This document shows positions 1-10,126 of a stretch of 64,000 nt of DNA, one piece after another; the first letter of the stretch is position 1, and each line of letters starts with the position of its first letter. The position numbers were made by a program, and so were the translations under genes. Source of the DNA: a bacterium (lineage in GTDB: Bacteria > Desulfobacterota > Desulfovibrionia > Desulfovibrionales > Desulfovibrionaceae); contig JAXUUT010000104.1 of the NCBI GenBank assembly GCA_037230945.1, positions 26,504-90,503 of the forward strand, in the 5' to 3' direction. The notes below the pieces were generated by a model. It worked only from the letters and a program-made list of their open reading frames with translations, made no database searches and was not told where the DNA came from.

Positions 1-1
1 G

Positions 2-820
2 CTCGCCCATCTCATCGACGCCGACGACATACAGTTCGCCACGCCCGAACAGGTGCAGGCCATGACCGGTGCGCCCGTGGGCTTTGCCGGTCCCGTCGGA
101 CTTGCCGGAGTGGAAAAGATCTACGCCGACAAGGAACTCATGGCCGCCAACGACTGGATTGCCGGAGCCAACAAGGCCGACGCCCATGTGCGGCACGTGA
201 GCCTCGTGCGCGACGTCACCCTGCCCATCGAATGGGCGGATCTGCGCAACGCCGTGGCCGGCGATCCCTGCCCCTGCTGCGGACGTCCGCTGGAAATCAA
301 GCGCGGCATCGAGGTGGGCCACATCTTCAAGCTCGGCACCAAGTACAGCGAAGCGCTGCACGCCGTGTTCCTTGACGAAAACGGCAAGGAAAAGCTCATG
401 ATCATGGGCTGCTACGGCATCGGCGTGTCCCGCGTGGTGGCTGCCTGCATCGAACAGAACTTCGACGAGCACGGCATCATGTTCCCGCCGCAGCTCGCGC
501 CCTTCGACGCGCACATCGTCTGCCTCGACCCGAAGAACGCCGACGTGGCCGCCAAGTGCGACGCCATCGACGCCTTCCTCACCGCGCGCGGCATGGAAAC
601 GCTGTACGACGACCGCGAGGAGCGCCCCGGCGTGAAGTTCAAGGACGCCGACCTCATCGGTCTGCCCATCCAGATCACCGTGGGCGGCAAGGGCCTTGCT
701 CAGGGCGTGGTGGAAGTGAAGAACCGCCGCACCGGCGAAAAGTCCACCATTCCCGCCGACAGCTTCGAGCAGGACTTCCCCGCCTGGTATCAGTCCGTGC
801 TGGAATGCTGGAAGCGCTGA
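2..820 (+). CDS. proS: Prolyl-tRNA synthetase, C-terminal part (5' end lies outside the window)
   Basis: The frame is open from the window edge. Motifs GIEVGHIFKLGTKYSEAL and MGCYGIGVSRVVAA are typical of bacterial class II ProRS. Confidence 0.9.
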   Translation, partial: LAHLIDADDIQFATPEQVQAMTGAPVGFAGPVGLAGVEKIYADKELMAANDWIAGANKADAHVRHVSLVRDVTLPIEWADLRNAVAGDPCPCCGRPLEIKRGIEVGHIFKLGTKYSEALHAVFLDENGKEKLMIMGCYGIGVSRVVAACIEQNFDEHGIMFPPQLAPFDAHIVCLDPKNADVAAKCDAIDAFLTARGMETLYDDREERPGVKFKDADLIGLPIQITVGGKGLAQGVVEVKNRRTGEKSTIPADSFEQDFPAWYQSVLECWKR

Positions 821-1028
821 CATGACGCCGCCGGGGCTCTGCCCCGGCGGCATTTTCCGCTCCGCGCTTCTTCCTTCACGGGAAGACGCCCGGGGCGGAC
901 ACGTTTATCCCGCGGATGCGCCAAGAAGAGAACTTTTCCCTTTTTCTGAAGCCGCAGACGCACGTCCTCCGCGCCGAAAGCGTTTTTCTCCCGCACTTTT
1001 CGACACGGACGTTTTTCGGAGACGAGAC

Positions 1029-2498
1029 ATGGACGCCATTCTCAGTGTGCGACAGGTGACGGAGCGGCTGCGCCAGACCGTGGAGGCCCGCTTTCCGTAC
1101 GTCTGGGTGCAGGGCGAGGTGACCAACCTCTCCCGTCCCTCCTCCGGCCATGTCTATTTTTCCCTGAAGGAAGACGACAGCCTGCTGAACTGCGTCTGGT
1201 TCAAAAGGCAGCAGAAGGACGAAGCCTTCGACCCGCTCACCGGGGAAGTCTGGGAAGACGGCCCCCGGCCGAGCCTGGCGCGCACCATGGAAAACGGCCA
1301 GACGCTCGTCTGCGCCGGACGTCTTACGGTCTACGGAGCGCGCGGCCAGTATCAGATGATCGTCGATCTTGCGCAGGCCGCGGGACTCGGCCTGTGGCAT
1401 CAGGAGTTTGAAGCTCTCAAGCGCAGGCTCGAGGCCGAAGGCCTGTTCGATGCCGCCAGAAAAAGGCCCATTCCCCGCGAGCCCCGGAGAGTCGCCGTCA
1501 TCACCGCGCCCGGCGGAGCCGCCATACGCGACTTCATCCGCATAAGCTCGACGCGCGGCCTCGGCTCGGAAATACGCATCTATCCCGTGCCCGTGCAGGG
1601 GGAAGACGCGCCCCCGCGCATCGTGGAGGCGCTGGACAAGGCCGGACGCGACGCCTGGGCCGAAGTCGTCGTGCTCATTCGTGGCGGCGGTTCCGTACAG
1701 GATCTCTGGGCCTTCAACGACGAACGCGTGGCCCGGGCCGTATACCGCTGTCCCATTCCCGTCCTTGCGGGCATAGGCCACGAAATAGACCACAGCATCA
1801 CCGACTTCACGGCCGACTATTCCGCCGCCACGCCGAGCCACACCGCTCAGATTCTCTGGCAGGAACGTCACGTTCTCGCTCAGCACGTCGACGGGCTGGA
1901 AACGGCGCTTCAGGCGGCCCTCTCCCGCAGGATGAACACGCTGTCCCTCCGGCTCGAACATGCCCGCCGCGCGCTCTCCCTTCTCTCGCTCTCCGAAAGG
2001 ATGCGGGCTCAGAGCGAACGACTGGATGCGCTGACGCGGCGCATGCGCGCCGGACTGGAAAGCCGCGTGGAAAAAGACGCGCGCACCGTGGAAAAACTGA
2101 GCGCGGCACTGCGTTCCCAATCCTCCCGCATGGATGCTCTCGCTTCAACGCTGGAGCGGCTTTCCCTGCGCCTTGCCGGCGCGGGCGAAGCCCGTCTTCA
2201 ACGGGCCCGGGCAGAGGTGGAGCGGCGACAGGCGGCGCTGCTGCCGCTCGGCCGCATGGCGGGCATGGCCGAAGAAAAGGCGCTCACGCGTCTGGAAGCG
2301 CGCCTTCAGGCGCTCGATCCCTTTGCCCCCCTGCGCCGGGGCTACGCCATGGCCTGCGACGAACGGGGAAAGCTCCTGCGTTCCGTCACGCAGACCGCAC
2401 CGGGGCGCACGCTTTCCGTCATGCTTGCCGACGGACGCATTCTCGGCACGGTGACCGGCGTGGAGCCGTCGGAGTCCGACACTGCCCGGCAGTCATGA
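1029..2498 (+). CDS. xseA: Exodeoxyribonuclease VII large subunit
   Basis: N-terminal OB-fold pattern VWVQGEVTNLS..GHVYFSLKE, a catalytic region (VITAPGGAAIRDF, RGGGSVQDLWAFNDE, GIGHEIDHSITD) and a long coiled-coil tail. I chose ATG 1029 (MDAILSVRQVTE) because the similarity starts there; the ORF-track start at 822 adds an Arg/Pro-rich extension. Confidence 0.9.
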   Translation: MDAILSVRQVTERLRQTVEARFPYVWVQGEVTNLSRPSSGHVYFSLKEDDSLLNCVWFKRQQKDEAFDPLTGEVWEDGPRPSLARTMENGQTLVCAGRLTVYGARGQYQMIVDLAQAAGLGLWHQEFEALKRRLEAEGLFDAARKRPIPREPRRVAVITAPGGAAIRDFIRISSTRGLGSEIRIYPVPVQGEDAPPRIVEALDKAGRDAWAEVVVLIRGGGSVQDLWAFNDERVARAVYRCPIPVLAGIGHEIDHSITDFTADYSAATPSHTAQILWQERHVLAQHVDGLETALQAALSRRMNTLSLRLEHARRALSLLSLSERMRAQSERLDALTRRMRAGLESRVEKDARTVEKLSAALRSQSSRMDALASTLERLSLRLAGAGEARLQRARAEVERRQAALLPLGRMAGMAEEKALTRLEARLQALDPFAPLRRGYAMACDERGKLLRSVTQTAPGRTLSVMLADGRILGTVTGVEPSESDTARQS

Positions 2499-2538
2499 TT
2501 TTCCCGAACCTTTTCAACGCATCCGAACGGATTGTCTC

Positions 2539-3447
2539 ATGAAACGTCTTCTGCTCTCGCTCATGCTCGTTTTCGCGCTCTCAGCAAATGCGGAGGCCGC
2601 GGAAATCTCCGTACCCGCAAAAGTAAGTCAGGGCCACGCCTTTCCGGCAGCCGTCACGGACTCCGCGCCCTTTGAAGCGGTCTTTGCCTGGCGAGGCGAA
2701 AGCTTCCGCGTACATGCCCTGCGCGAAGCAGAAAATCTCTGGAAGGCGGAAATGCTTCTGGCCATGCCGCTGGACGCACGGGGAAAACATTCCCTCACGC
2801 TGACGATCAACGGAAAAAGGCAGTCCGTCGCCGTGACGGCCGTATCCGTGCCGTGGCCCGAAAGCATTCTGAAGGTGGCCCCCAAATACGTGGAACCGCC
2901 CCGCGAGGTACGGGAACAGATAGCCCGCGACGTGAAGCACAGCCGCGCGGCGCTTGCCACCCGCACGGAAAAGCGCTGGACGCTGCCGCTGCTGAAGCCG
3001 GTTCCCGGCGGCGTGACCAGCCCCTTCGGAGGTCGCCGCGTGTTCAACGGCAAGCCCCGCGCACCGCACAAGGGCACGGACATGCGCAGTCCGGGAGGCG
3101 CAAAGGTTCTCGCCGTGGCCGACGGCACCGTCATTCTTGCCGAAGCGCAGTATTTCGGAGGCAATACCGTATACATCGACCACGGTCAGGGCGTCGTGAG
3201 CACCTATGCGCATCTCTCGGCCTTTGACGTCGCGCCCGGACAGAGCGTAAGAAGAGGACAGGTCATCGGTCGTTCCGGCTCCACGGGACGCGTGACCGGG
3301 CCGCATCTGCATCTCGGTCTTCTGATTCAGGGCACGGCTGTGGACGCCATGCCTCTTTTCTCGGAGCCGCCGCAGCTTGTGGGCGGTCCTACCCGCAGCA
3401 TTTTCGACAACAAGCAACCGGCCGGGAAAAACCGGAGTGCCCGATGA
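2539..3447 (+). CDS. M23/LytM family metallopeptidase, secreted
   Basis: Signal peptide [21 protein letters not shown]23 motifs HKGTDM, YIDHGQG and [15 protein letters not shown]. Confidence 0.85.
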   Translation: MKRLLLSLMLVFALSANAEAAEISVPAKVSQGHAFPAAVTDSAPFEAVFAWRGESFRVHALREAENLWKAEMLLAMPLDARGKHSLTLTINGKRQSVAVTAVSVPWPESILKVAPKYVEPPREVREQIARDVKHSRAALATRTEKRWTLPLLKPVPGGVTSPFGGRRVFNGKPRAPHKGTDMRSPGGAKVLAVADGTVILAEAQYFGGNTVYIDHGQGVVSTYAHLSAFDVAPGQSVRRGQVIGRSGSTGRVTGPHLHLGLLIQGTAVDAMPLFSEPPQLVGGPTRSIFDNKQPAGKNRSAR

Positions 3448-3677
3448 AAAAGAAAGAACCCACCTTTGAAGAACGACTGGCGCGACTTCAGGCCATAGTG
3501 ACCGCTCTGGAGACCGGCGACAGCCCGCTTGAAGAAAGCGTGGCCCTGTATAAGGAAGGCCTGGCCCACGCCGCCGCCTGCCGTGAGCAGCTGGAAAAGG
3601 CCCGGCACGACATACGCCTCTGCACGGAAGCGGGCACCGAGCCCTTCGACGCCGGCAGTCAGGAAGAAGACGAATAA
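3444..3677 (+). CDS. xseB: Exodeoxyribonuclease VII small subunit
   Basis: 77 aa with [32 protein letters not shown], typical of XseB. Its start overlaps the M23 stop (ATGA). It is followed by ispA-dxs, as in the classical xseB-ispA-dxs operon. Confidence 0.9.
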   Translation: MKKKEPTFEERLARLQAIVTALETGDSPLEESVALYKEGLAHAAACREQLEKARHDIRLCTEAGTEPFDAGSQEEDE

Positions 3678-3722
3678 CCGAGCCGGAACGCGTTCCGGCG
3701 CCCCTCAGGGGCGGCTTTCATC

Positions 3723-4619
3723 ATGCAAGGGGGACATATGCCCGCAGATCTTCGCGGCAGAGTGGAACAGTACCTCTCCGCCTCTTTTCTCGACAAGGAA
3801 ATACCTTCCCGCCTGTCCGACGCCATGCGCTACAGCCTTCTTGCCGGGGGCAAGAGACTGCGACCCGTGCTCTGTCTTGCCGTGGCCCGCGCCTGCGCAA
3901 AGGACCGGGCCGAAGAAGTGACCGAGGCCGTTCTGCCCTTTGCCGCCGGTCTGGAAATGATACACACCTACTCGCTCATCCACGACGATCTGCCCGCCAT
4001 GGACGACGACGATCTCAGACGCGGACATCCCACCTGCCACAAGGCCTTTGACGAGGCTACGGCCATTCTTGCGGGCGACGCGCTGCTGACCAACGCCTTC
4101 AGTCACATGACGCGCGCAAACGTGCCCGTGCATGTGCTGCTCGAAGCCGTGCGGCTCACGGCGTACGCCGCAGGCGCGGCCGGCATGGTCGGGGGACAGA
4201 TGCTCGATCTGCAGGGAGAAGGAAAGAAACTTTCTCTGGAAGAGCTGCGCATTCTCAATGAAAAGAAGACCGGGGCTCTGTTGTTCAACGCCTGTGAATG
4301 CGGCGCGGTGCTTGCGCAGGCCTCTCCGGAACAACGTCATGCAGCGCGCTGCTACGGCAGTGAATTGGGCATTGCGTTTCAGATAACCGATGATATACTC
4401 GATGTCGTTGGCGACGAGGCCACGGTAGGCAAAGAGGTCCGGCACGACGCAGAAAGCGACAAGGCCACCTGGCCGTCCCTCGTCGGCCTGGATCAGGCCC
4501 GGGAACTGGCGCGCAGGCACTGCATGGCCGCAGAAAAGGCGCTGGACGGCGTCTTTTCCGGTCCCGACGCCGACTTTCTGCGCGAAACGTCCCGCAAACT
4601 CGTCAACCGCACGCATTAG
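3723..4619 (+). CDS. ispA: Farnesyl/geranyl diphosphate synthase (polyprenyl synthetase)
   Basis: Two Asp-rich motifs, LIHDDLPAMDDDDLRRG and FQITDDILD. A start at Met-6 (3738) is equally possible. Confidence 0.9.
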   Translation: MQGGHMPADLRGRVEQYLSASFLDKEIPSRLSDAMRYSLLAGGKRLRPVLCLAVARACAKDRAEEVTEAVLPFAAGLEMIHTYSLIHDDLPAMDDDDLRRGHPTCHKAFDEATAILAGDALLTNAFSHMTRANVPVHVLLEAVRLTAYAAGAAGMVGGQMLDLQGEGKKLSLEELRILNEKKTGALLFNACECGAVLAQASPEQRHAARCYGSELGIAFQITDDILDVVGDEATVGKEVRHDAESDKATWPSLVGLDQARELARRHCMAAEKALDGVFSGPDADFLRETSRKLVNRTH

Positions 4620-4636
4620 TCCGATCAAGGATTCCC

Positions 4637-6589
4637 ATGACAAGTACGCCCCTGCTCTCCAGCCTGCATCTTCCCGAAGATATTCCGGGCTTGTCCCTTT
4701 CCCTCAAGCAGGAACTGGCGCAGGAGCTGCGCGACACCATCATCCGCGTGGTCACGCAGAACGGCGGACATCTCGCGCCCTCCCTCGGCGTGGTGGAACT
4801 CACCATAGCCCTGCTCTCCTGCTTCGATCCCGCGCGCGATCCCATCGTCTGGGACGTGGGTCATCAAAGCTATCCCTGGAAGCTTCTCACGGGCAGAGCC
4901 GACCGCTTCGACACCCTGCGCCGCTACGGCGGTCTTTCCGGCTTTCCCAACCGTTCGGAAAGCCCCTACGACTATTTCGGCGTGGGGCACGCCTCCACCT
5001 CCATCTCCGCAGCCCTCGGCATGGCCGCAGCGCGTGACCTGCGCGGCGGCAAGGAACACGTGGTCGCCGTCATCGGCGACGGCGCGCTCTCCGGCGGCAT
5101 GGCTCTCGAGGCGCTGAATCAGGCCGGAGGCATGGGCAACAGGCTCATCGTCATTCTCAACGACAACAAGATGTCCATTTCCGAGAACACGGGAGCGCTC
5201 TCCCGCTTTCTCAGCCGCAACCTGTCCCACAGCACGGTCATGCACATCAAGCAGCACGTGGCCAAAGTGCTCTCGCGCCTGCCCAAGGGGGACTCCCTCG
5301 TGGACATCATCCGCAAGAGCGAAGTCAGCTTCAAGTCGTTCTTCACCCCGGGCATGCTCTTCGAGGCCTTCCAGTTCAACTACATAGGCCCCATCAACGG
5401 CCACGACATAGCCCAGCTCGAACGTCATCTCGAAGCCGCCAAGCAGCTCGACATGCCCGTGCTTCTGCACATACGCACGCGCAAGGGCAAGGGCTACGGC
5501 CCTGCCGAAAACGACCCCTCGCATTTTCACGGCATTTCCGCTTCCGTGGCCGACGAAATAGACGTGCCTCCCCAGCCCAAAGGCTGGAAGCCTTCCGGCC
5601 CGGGATTCAGTCAGGCCTTCGGCGAGGAACTCTGCCGCCTTGCCGAAAAGAATCCCAGAATTTTCGCCATCACGGCGGCCATGCCCGACGGTACCGGTCT
5701 CCAGACCTTCCATGAGCGCTTCCCGGAGCGCTTTGCCGACGTGGGCATCTGCGAAGAGCACGCCGTCACCTTTGCCGCAGGACTCGCCTCGCGCGGCTTT
5801 CATCCGGTAGTCGCCATCTATTCCACGTTCATGCAGCGCGCCTACGACCAGATCATACACGACGTCTGCCTGCAGAACCTGCCCGTCACCTTCTGCCTCG
5901 ACAGGGCCGGACTCGTGGGCGAGGACGGTCCCACGCACCACGGCGCGTTCGATCTGTCGTGGCTTCGCGTGGTTCCCAATCTCACGCTGGGCGCGCCCCG
6001 CGACGAGGCTTCGCTCCAAAAGGCGCTCGGCATCGCCCTTTCCATGAACAGGCCCGTGGCTCTGCGCTATCCGCGCGGAAGCGGCCGCAAGCTCGACGCC
6101 TCGCGCCTCAGATTTGCAGGCGCCCTTCAGACTCCCGGAGACTATCCCCCTCCCGGCGAAGGTCAGCTTCTTCTGCGCGGCAACGCGAAGGCGTGCATAC
6201 TGGCCGCCGGTCAGCGCGCCTTTCCCTGCGTGGAAGCCTCTCTCTGGACGGCGGAAAAAACCGGACTTCTCGCCTCCGTGTTCGACGCCTGCTGGGTAAA
6301 GCCTCTGCCGGAAAAACAGATACTCGAGCTGGCTCTTCAAAACGACGCGCTGCTGCTCGTGGAGGAAAACAGCCGTCTCGGCGGCTTCTCCTCCGCCGTT
6401 CTGGAACTTCTTGCCGATCACGACGCCCTCGGCCATCTCAAGATCCGCCGTCTCGGACTGCCCGACCGCTTCATTCCCCACGGTCCGGTGCGCCGACTGC
6501 GCGCCGACGTGGGACTCAACGTTTCCGGCATCGCGGCGGCGCTGAAAGAACTTCTGCAATACGCCGCGCCTGCCGATGAAAAAGCGTAA
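4637..6589 (+). CDS. dxs: 1-deoxy-D-xylulose-5-phosphate synthase
   Basis: 650 aa with GHQSYPWKLLTGR, the TPP-binding motif GDGALSGGMALEALN, and transketolase-like pyrimidine-binding and C-terminal domains. Confidence 0.95.
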   Translation: MTSTPLLSSLHLPEDIPGLSLSLKQELAQELRDTIIRVVTQNGGHLAPSLGVVELTIALLSCFDPARDPIVWDVGHQSYPWKLLTGRADRFDTLRRYGGLSGFPNRSESPYDYFGVGHASTSISAALGMAAARDLRGGKEHVVAVIGDGALSGGMALEALNQAGGMGNRLIVILNDNKMSISENTGALSRFLSRNLSHSTVMHIKQHVAKVLSRLPKGDSLVDIIRKSEVSFKSFFTPGMLFEAFQFNYIGPINGHDIAQLERHLEAAKQLDMPVLLHIRTRKGKGYGPAENDPSHFHGISASVADEIDVPPQPKGWKPSGPGFSQAFGEELCRLAEKNPRIFAITAAMPDGTGLQTFHERFPERFADVGICEEHAVTFAAGLASRGFHPVVAIYSTFMQRAYDQIIHDVCLQNLPVTFCLDRAGLVGEDGPTHHGAFDLSWLRVVPNLTLGAPRDEASLQKALGIALSMNRPVALRYPRGSGRKLDASRLRFAGALQTPGDYPPPGEGQLLLRGNAKACILAAGQRAFPCVEASLWTAEKTGLLASVFDACWVKPLPEKQILELALQNDALLLVEENSRLGGFSSAVLELLADHDALGHLKIRRLGLPDRFIPHGPVRRLRADVGLNVSGIAAALKELLQYAAPADEKA

Positions 6590-7277
6590 GTCCTTCTTGT
6601 CCCGCAGACGAAAGAGCTCCGGTCGCTACGGGCTGGAAGCCGCCGTTTTGTGCGTGCTTCTCATGGCGGCCGCCTACGTGGGGTCCGTGGACAGGCCGGA
6701 AGACGCCGTCCGGCAGGTCGCTCAGGAAGTCACCTCCCGGAAAAGCCAGCCTGTCGAAAAACACGTGACGGATGCCGCAAAAAGCGCGATCAAAAGCCTG
6801 CGTGCGGCCTCTGCCGGAAAATCGGCTCCTGCTGAGGATGACAGGGAATACCGCCTCGTCCGCGCCGCCGACGGTGACAGCTTCGAGCTGAAAGACGAAA
6901 GAAACCGCACCGTCCGCGTGCGCCTTTACGGCATTGATGCGCCGGAAAGCGCCCAGCGCTTCGGCAGACAGTCGCGCGAGCACCTGACAACGCTCATCAG
7001 GGGCAAGGATCTGCGCCTGAAGACCATGTACCTGGACAACTACAAGCGCTCCGTGGCCATCGTGTACCTTGTCGAGGGAAACGGCATCGATGAACGTTCC
7101 GTGAATCAGCGTCAGGTACAGGCAGGCATGGCCTGGGTGTACGATTACTTCTGCACAGGAGACATCTGCAAGACCTGGAAGGTGGAAGAGGCCATGGCCC
7201 GAAAAGAAAAACTCGGTCTGTGGAAGGACGACGACCCGACGCCCCCCTGGCAGTGGCGGAGAAGCCACAAACGCTGA
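6576..7277 (+). CDS. Membrane-anchored thermonuclease (SNase-fold) family protein
   Basis: N-terminal hydrophobic segment LEAAVLCVLLMAAAYV. SNase-like motifs VRLYGIDAPE, FGRQSREHL and AGMAWVY. The start overlaps the dxs stop by 14 nt. Confidence 0.75.
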   Translation: MKKRKSFLSRRRKSSGRYGLEAAVLCVLLMAAAYVGSVDRPEDAVRQVAQEVTSRKSQPVEKHVTDAAKSAIKSLRAASAGKSAPAEDDREYRLVRAADGDSFELKDERNRTVRVRLYGIDAPESAQRFGRQSREHLTTLIRGKDLRLKTMYLDNYKRSVAIVYLVEGNGIDERSVNQRQVQAGMAWVYDYFCTGDICKTWKVEEAMARKEKLGLWKDDDPTPPWQWRRSHKR

Positions 7278-7452
7278 GACAGGCCGGGCGACCACATCAA
7301 GGACGCAACTTCACATCTTTGAAAAAACGCAGAAGTCCAAACATCGCTTGACGGTTCTCCTCGTTCCCGTCTATCCTTTTCGCATTTCCCGAGATCATGG
7401 CCCCGCACGGCTTTTCGCGCCGGGCCTCAACCCTCTTTGCATCGAGGCGACC

Positions 7453-8016
7453 GTGAATCACATTGTCATTTCTGTCATCGGACGCGACTGTCCCGGCGTG
7501 GTCTATGCCATTGCCAGCGCCCTGTCCAAGGAAAAATGCAACATTGAGGAACTGAGCCAGACCATTCTGAAAGGTCAGTTCGCGTCCATATTCATCATAT
7601 CCGCCCCGGAAGACGTCACCGAGGAAGACATTCAGCGCGTGGTCAGCCTCAGCCTCGAAGCCCGTCACATGGATCTCACCGTTGCGGCGCGCACCTTCGA
7701 GACGGACACCTTCGCCAGCACCGAGGAGACCGAGCCCTTCGTCGTCACGGTCAACGGTTCCGACAGGCCCGAGATCATCGCCATGATTTCCGGCGTCTTT
7801 GCCGAACAGAAGGTAAACATCGAAAACCTCAAGGCCATCCGCATGGATGAGGACAGCAACGAATGCGTGCTGATGTTTGAAGTTGCGCTTCCGCTTTCCA
7901 TCAACCGCAATGCCTTCCGTCAGATGCTTCAGGCCAAGGCCCGCAGCGTGGGTCTTGCCATCAGCATCCAGCATGAAAACATCTTCGAAGCCATCCATCG
8001 CGTACCCATCGTCTAA
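7453..8016 (+). CDS. Tandem ACT-domain protein (GcvR/UPF0237-like)
   Basis: Two ACT-like repeats, VISVIGRDCPGVVYAIASALS and VVTVNGSDRPEIIAMISGVFA. I propose a GTG start at 7453; the ORF-track start at 7348 adds a non-conserved-looking leader. It sits directly upstream of a UPF0210 gene, a known conserved pairing. Confidence 0.7.
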   Translation: MNHIVISVIGRDCPGVVYAIASALSKEKCNIEELSQTILKGQFASIFIISAPEDVTEEDIQRVVSLSLEARHMDLTVAARTFETDTFASTEETEPFVVTVNGSDRPEIIAMISGVFAEQKVNIENLKAIRMDEDSNECVLMFEVALPLSINRNAFRQMLQAKARSVGLAISIQHENIFEAIHRVPIV

Positions 8017-8037
8017 CCCGCATCACAGGTCTGCCCC

Positions 8038-9408
8038 ATGCTTACTGAACGCGAAGTGCTCAGCACTATCAACATGCTCCGCAACGAACATCTCGATGTT
8101 CGCACCGTCACCCTCGGCATCAGCCTCTTCGACTGCGTCAGTCACGACTTCGACGTGTTCTCCTACAAGGTACGCGCCAAAATAGCCAAATATGCCGCCC
8201 ATCTCGTGGAACACTGCAACGAAGTGGGCGCAAGATACGGCATTCCCGTGGTGAACAAGCGCATCAGCATCAGTCCCATGGCCGTCGTCGGCGCGGGCTT
8301 CGATGCCGATCAGATGGTGCGCGCCTGCCAGATGCTCGACGAAGCCGCCAAGGAGGCGGGCGTCGACTTTCTCGGCGGTTTCGGCGCCCTTGTCGAAAAG
8401 GGCATGACTCCCGGCGACCGCGCGCTCATTGATTCCCTGCCCGAGGCCCTCGCCACCACCGACCGCGTATGCTCCTCCATCAACGTGGCATCCTCCAAGG
8501 CCGGCATCAACATGGACGCCGTGGCGCTCATGGGCCGTCAGATCGTCAAGGTGGCCGACGCCACCAGAGACCGCGACGGCATAGGCTGCGCCAAGCTCGT
8601 GGTGTTCGCCAACATTCCGCAGGACGTACCCTTCATGGCCGGCGCCTATCTCGGCATCGGCGAGCCCGACGTGGTCATCAACGTAGGCGTTTCCGGCCCC
8701 GGCGTGGTGAAGAAGGCCATCGACCGCGCCAAGGAAACCCATGAGAATCTCACGCTCAGCGACGTGGCCGAAGTCATCAAGTCCACGGCCTACAAGGTGA
8801 CCCGCGTGGGCGAGCTCATCGGCAAGGAAGTGGCCGGACGCATGAACATTCCCTTCGGCGTGGCCGACCTTTCTCTCGCCCCCACCCCCGCCGTGGGCGA
8901 CTCCGTGGGCGAAATCTTCCAGAGCGTGGGCCTCTCCTCCATCGGCGCTCCCGGCTCCACCGCCGTGCTCGCCATGCTCAACGACGCCGTGAAGAAGGGC
9001 GGCGTGTTCGCCTCCTCCCATGTGGGCGGACTTTCCGGCGCGTTCATCCCCGTTTCCGAAGACTCGAGCATCGAAGCCGCGGCCAACTGCGGCGCGCTCA
9101 CCATGGAAAAGCTCGAGGCCATGACCAGCGTCTGTTCCGTGGGCCTCGACATGATCGCCATTCCCGGCGACACCCCGGCCACCACCATTTCCGGCCTCAT
9201 CGCCGATGAAATGGCCATCGGCATGATCAACACCAAGACCACCGCCGTGCGCGTCATTCCCGTGCCCGGCAAGGGCGTGGGCGAAACCGCCATCTTCGGC
9301 GGCCTTCTCGGTCAGGCCAAGATCATTCCCGTGAACACCGGCGACGCGTCCGCCTTCATCAATCTCGGCGGCCGCATTCCCGCCCCCATTCACAGTCTGA
9401 AGAACTGA
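8038..9408 (+). CDS. UPF0210 (DUF711, PFL-like) family protein
   Basis: 456 aa. The N-terminus [30 protein letters not shown] is characteristic of the UPF0210 family, and the gene is paired with an ACT-domain gene. Confidence 0.8.
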   Translation: MLTEREVLSTINMLRNEHLDVRTVTLGISLFDCVSHDFDVFSYKVRAKIAKYAAHLVEHCNEVGARYGIPVVNKRISISPMAVVGAGFDADQMVRACQMLDEAAKEAGVDFLGGFGALVEKGMTPGDRALIDSLPEALATTDRVCSSINVASSKAGINMDAVALMGRQIVKVADATRDRDGIGCAKLVVFANIPQDVPFMAGAYLGIGEPDVVINVGVSGPGVVKKAIDRAKETHENLTLSDVAEVIKSTAYKVTRVGELIGKEVAGRMNIPFGVADLSLAPTPAVGDSVGEIFQSVGLSSIGAPGSTAVLAMLNDAVKKGGVFASSHVGGLSGAFIPVSEDSSIEAAANCGALTMEKLEAMTSVCSVGLDMIAIPGDTPATTISGLIADEMAIGMINTKTTAVRVIPVPGKGVGETAIFGGLLGQAKIIPVNTGDASAFINLGGRIPAPIHSLKN

Positions 9409-9428
9409 TCCCGTTCACCATGCATTGA

Positions 9429-9474
9429 GATAAAGGGAGGAAAACAGCGTCCGTTTTCCTCCCTTTATCTTTCC
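9429..9474 (+). terminator. Rho-independent terminator after the UPF0210 gene
   Basis: Perfect 17-bp stem (GATAAAGGGAGGAAAAC / GTTTTCCTCCCTTTATC) with a 7-nt loop, followed by TTTCC. Confidence 0.75.
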
Positions 9475-9821
9475 GTCCGGCCGTTTCTCCGCAGTCCTGC
9501 CGACAGAACAGTAATTCTGGCCCCTCATCTGCACAGGCCTGGGCATTCAGTCCGACGCAGGAACCGCTCGTAACGCTGAAAAAAACGATTTCCCCTCTGC
9601 CGCCGTATGCGGCGGTCACTCCGGTCGGGATGGACATTCTGAAATAACAGACTCCGCCCGTCCTGCGCTGAAGGTACATTTTCATGCTCCATAGTTCCGA
9701 CAAGAAAAGTTCCATAACTGAAAATGAACAAAAAGTCGGAGCCGATTGAGAAGAATCAGTTGAGGGGAAGCAGTACAAACGTACGGTACAGGCGGATTTT
9801 CTGATTTCTTCTTTCAGCAGC

Positions 9822-9846
9822 AAAAAAAGCCGTGTAAAAACACGGC
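9822..9846 (-). terminator. Terminator downstream of tRNA-Leu
   Basis: Hairpin GCCGTG-loop-CACGGC (9829-9846), followed on the minus strand by a run of 7 T (9822-9828). Confidence 0.6.
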
Positions 9847-9868
9847 CTTGCTTTTGAATAATTTAAAA

Positions 9869-9955
9869 TGGTACCCGGTGCGGGGCTTGAACCCGCAAGT
9901 CCTTGCGGACGAGGGATTTTAAGTCCCTTGCGTATACCAGTTTCGCCACCCGGGC
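9869..9955 (-). tRNA. tRNA-Leu (anticodon TAA)
   Basis: The reverse complement reads GCCCGGGTGGCGAAACTGGTATACGCAAGGGACTTAAAATCCCTCGTCCGCAAGGACTTGCGGGTTCAAGCCCCGCACCGGGTACCA. It has a long variable arm, a TTCAAGC T-loop, an encoded CCA, and anticodon loop CTTAAAA. Confidence 0.9.
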
Positions 9956-10126
9956 ACCCTTCTTTCGTATCAGCACCGGCAAGGGATGACAAGAGAAAAG
10001 GTTGAAAGCGAATGCCGTGTTATGCATTCCGCGCTCTTCCCGCCTGCGGTCGTCGGCTTTTACTCCCCTTGCCAAGAGCGACGGGAGCTTCTATCCTGAG
10101 TCAAACTTTGACCTGCTGGAGTTTTC

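Noticed and set aside
822-1028. N-terminal extensions implied by ORF-track starts (822 for xseA; similarly 7348, 14427, 16378, 21335, 24099, 27237, 28202, 30688, 34492, 44045, 45093, 50432, 55709, 58481, 60918, 61588)
   Set aside because: In each case the family similarity begins at an internal ATG or GTG that usually has a Shine-Dalgarno. The upstream extension overlaps a neighbouring gene or terminator, or is Arg/Pro-rich filler.
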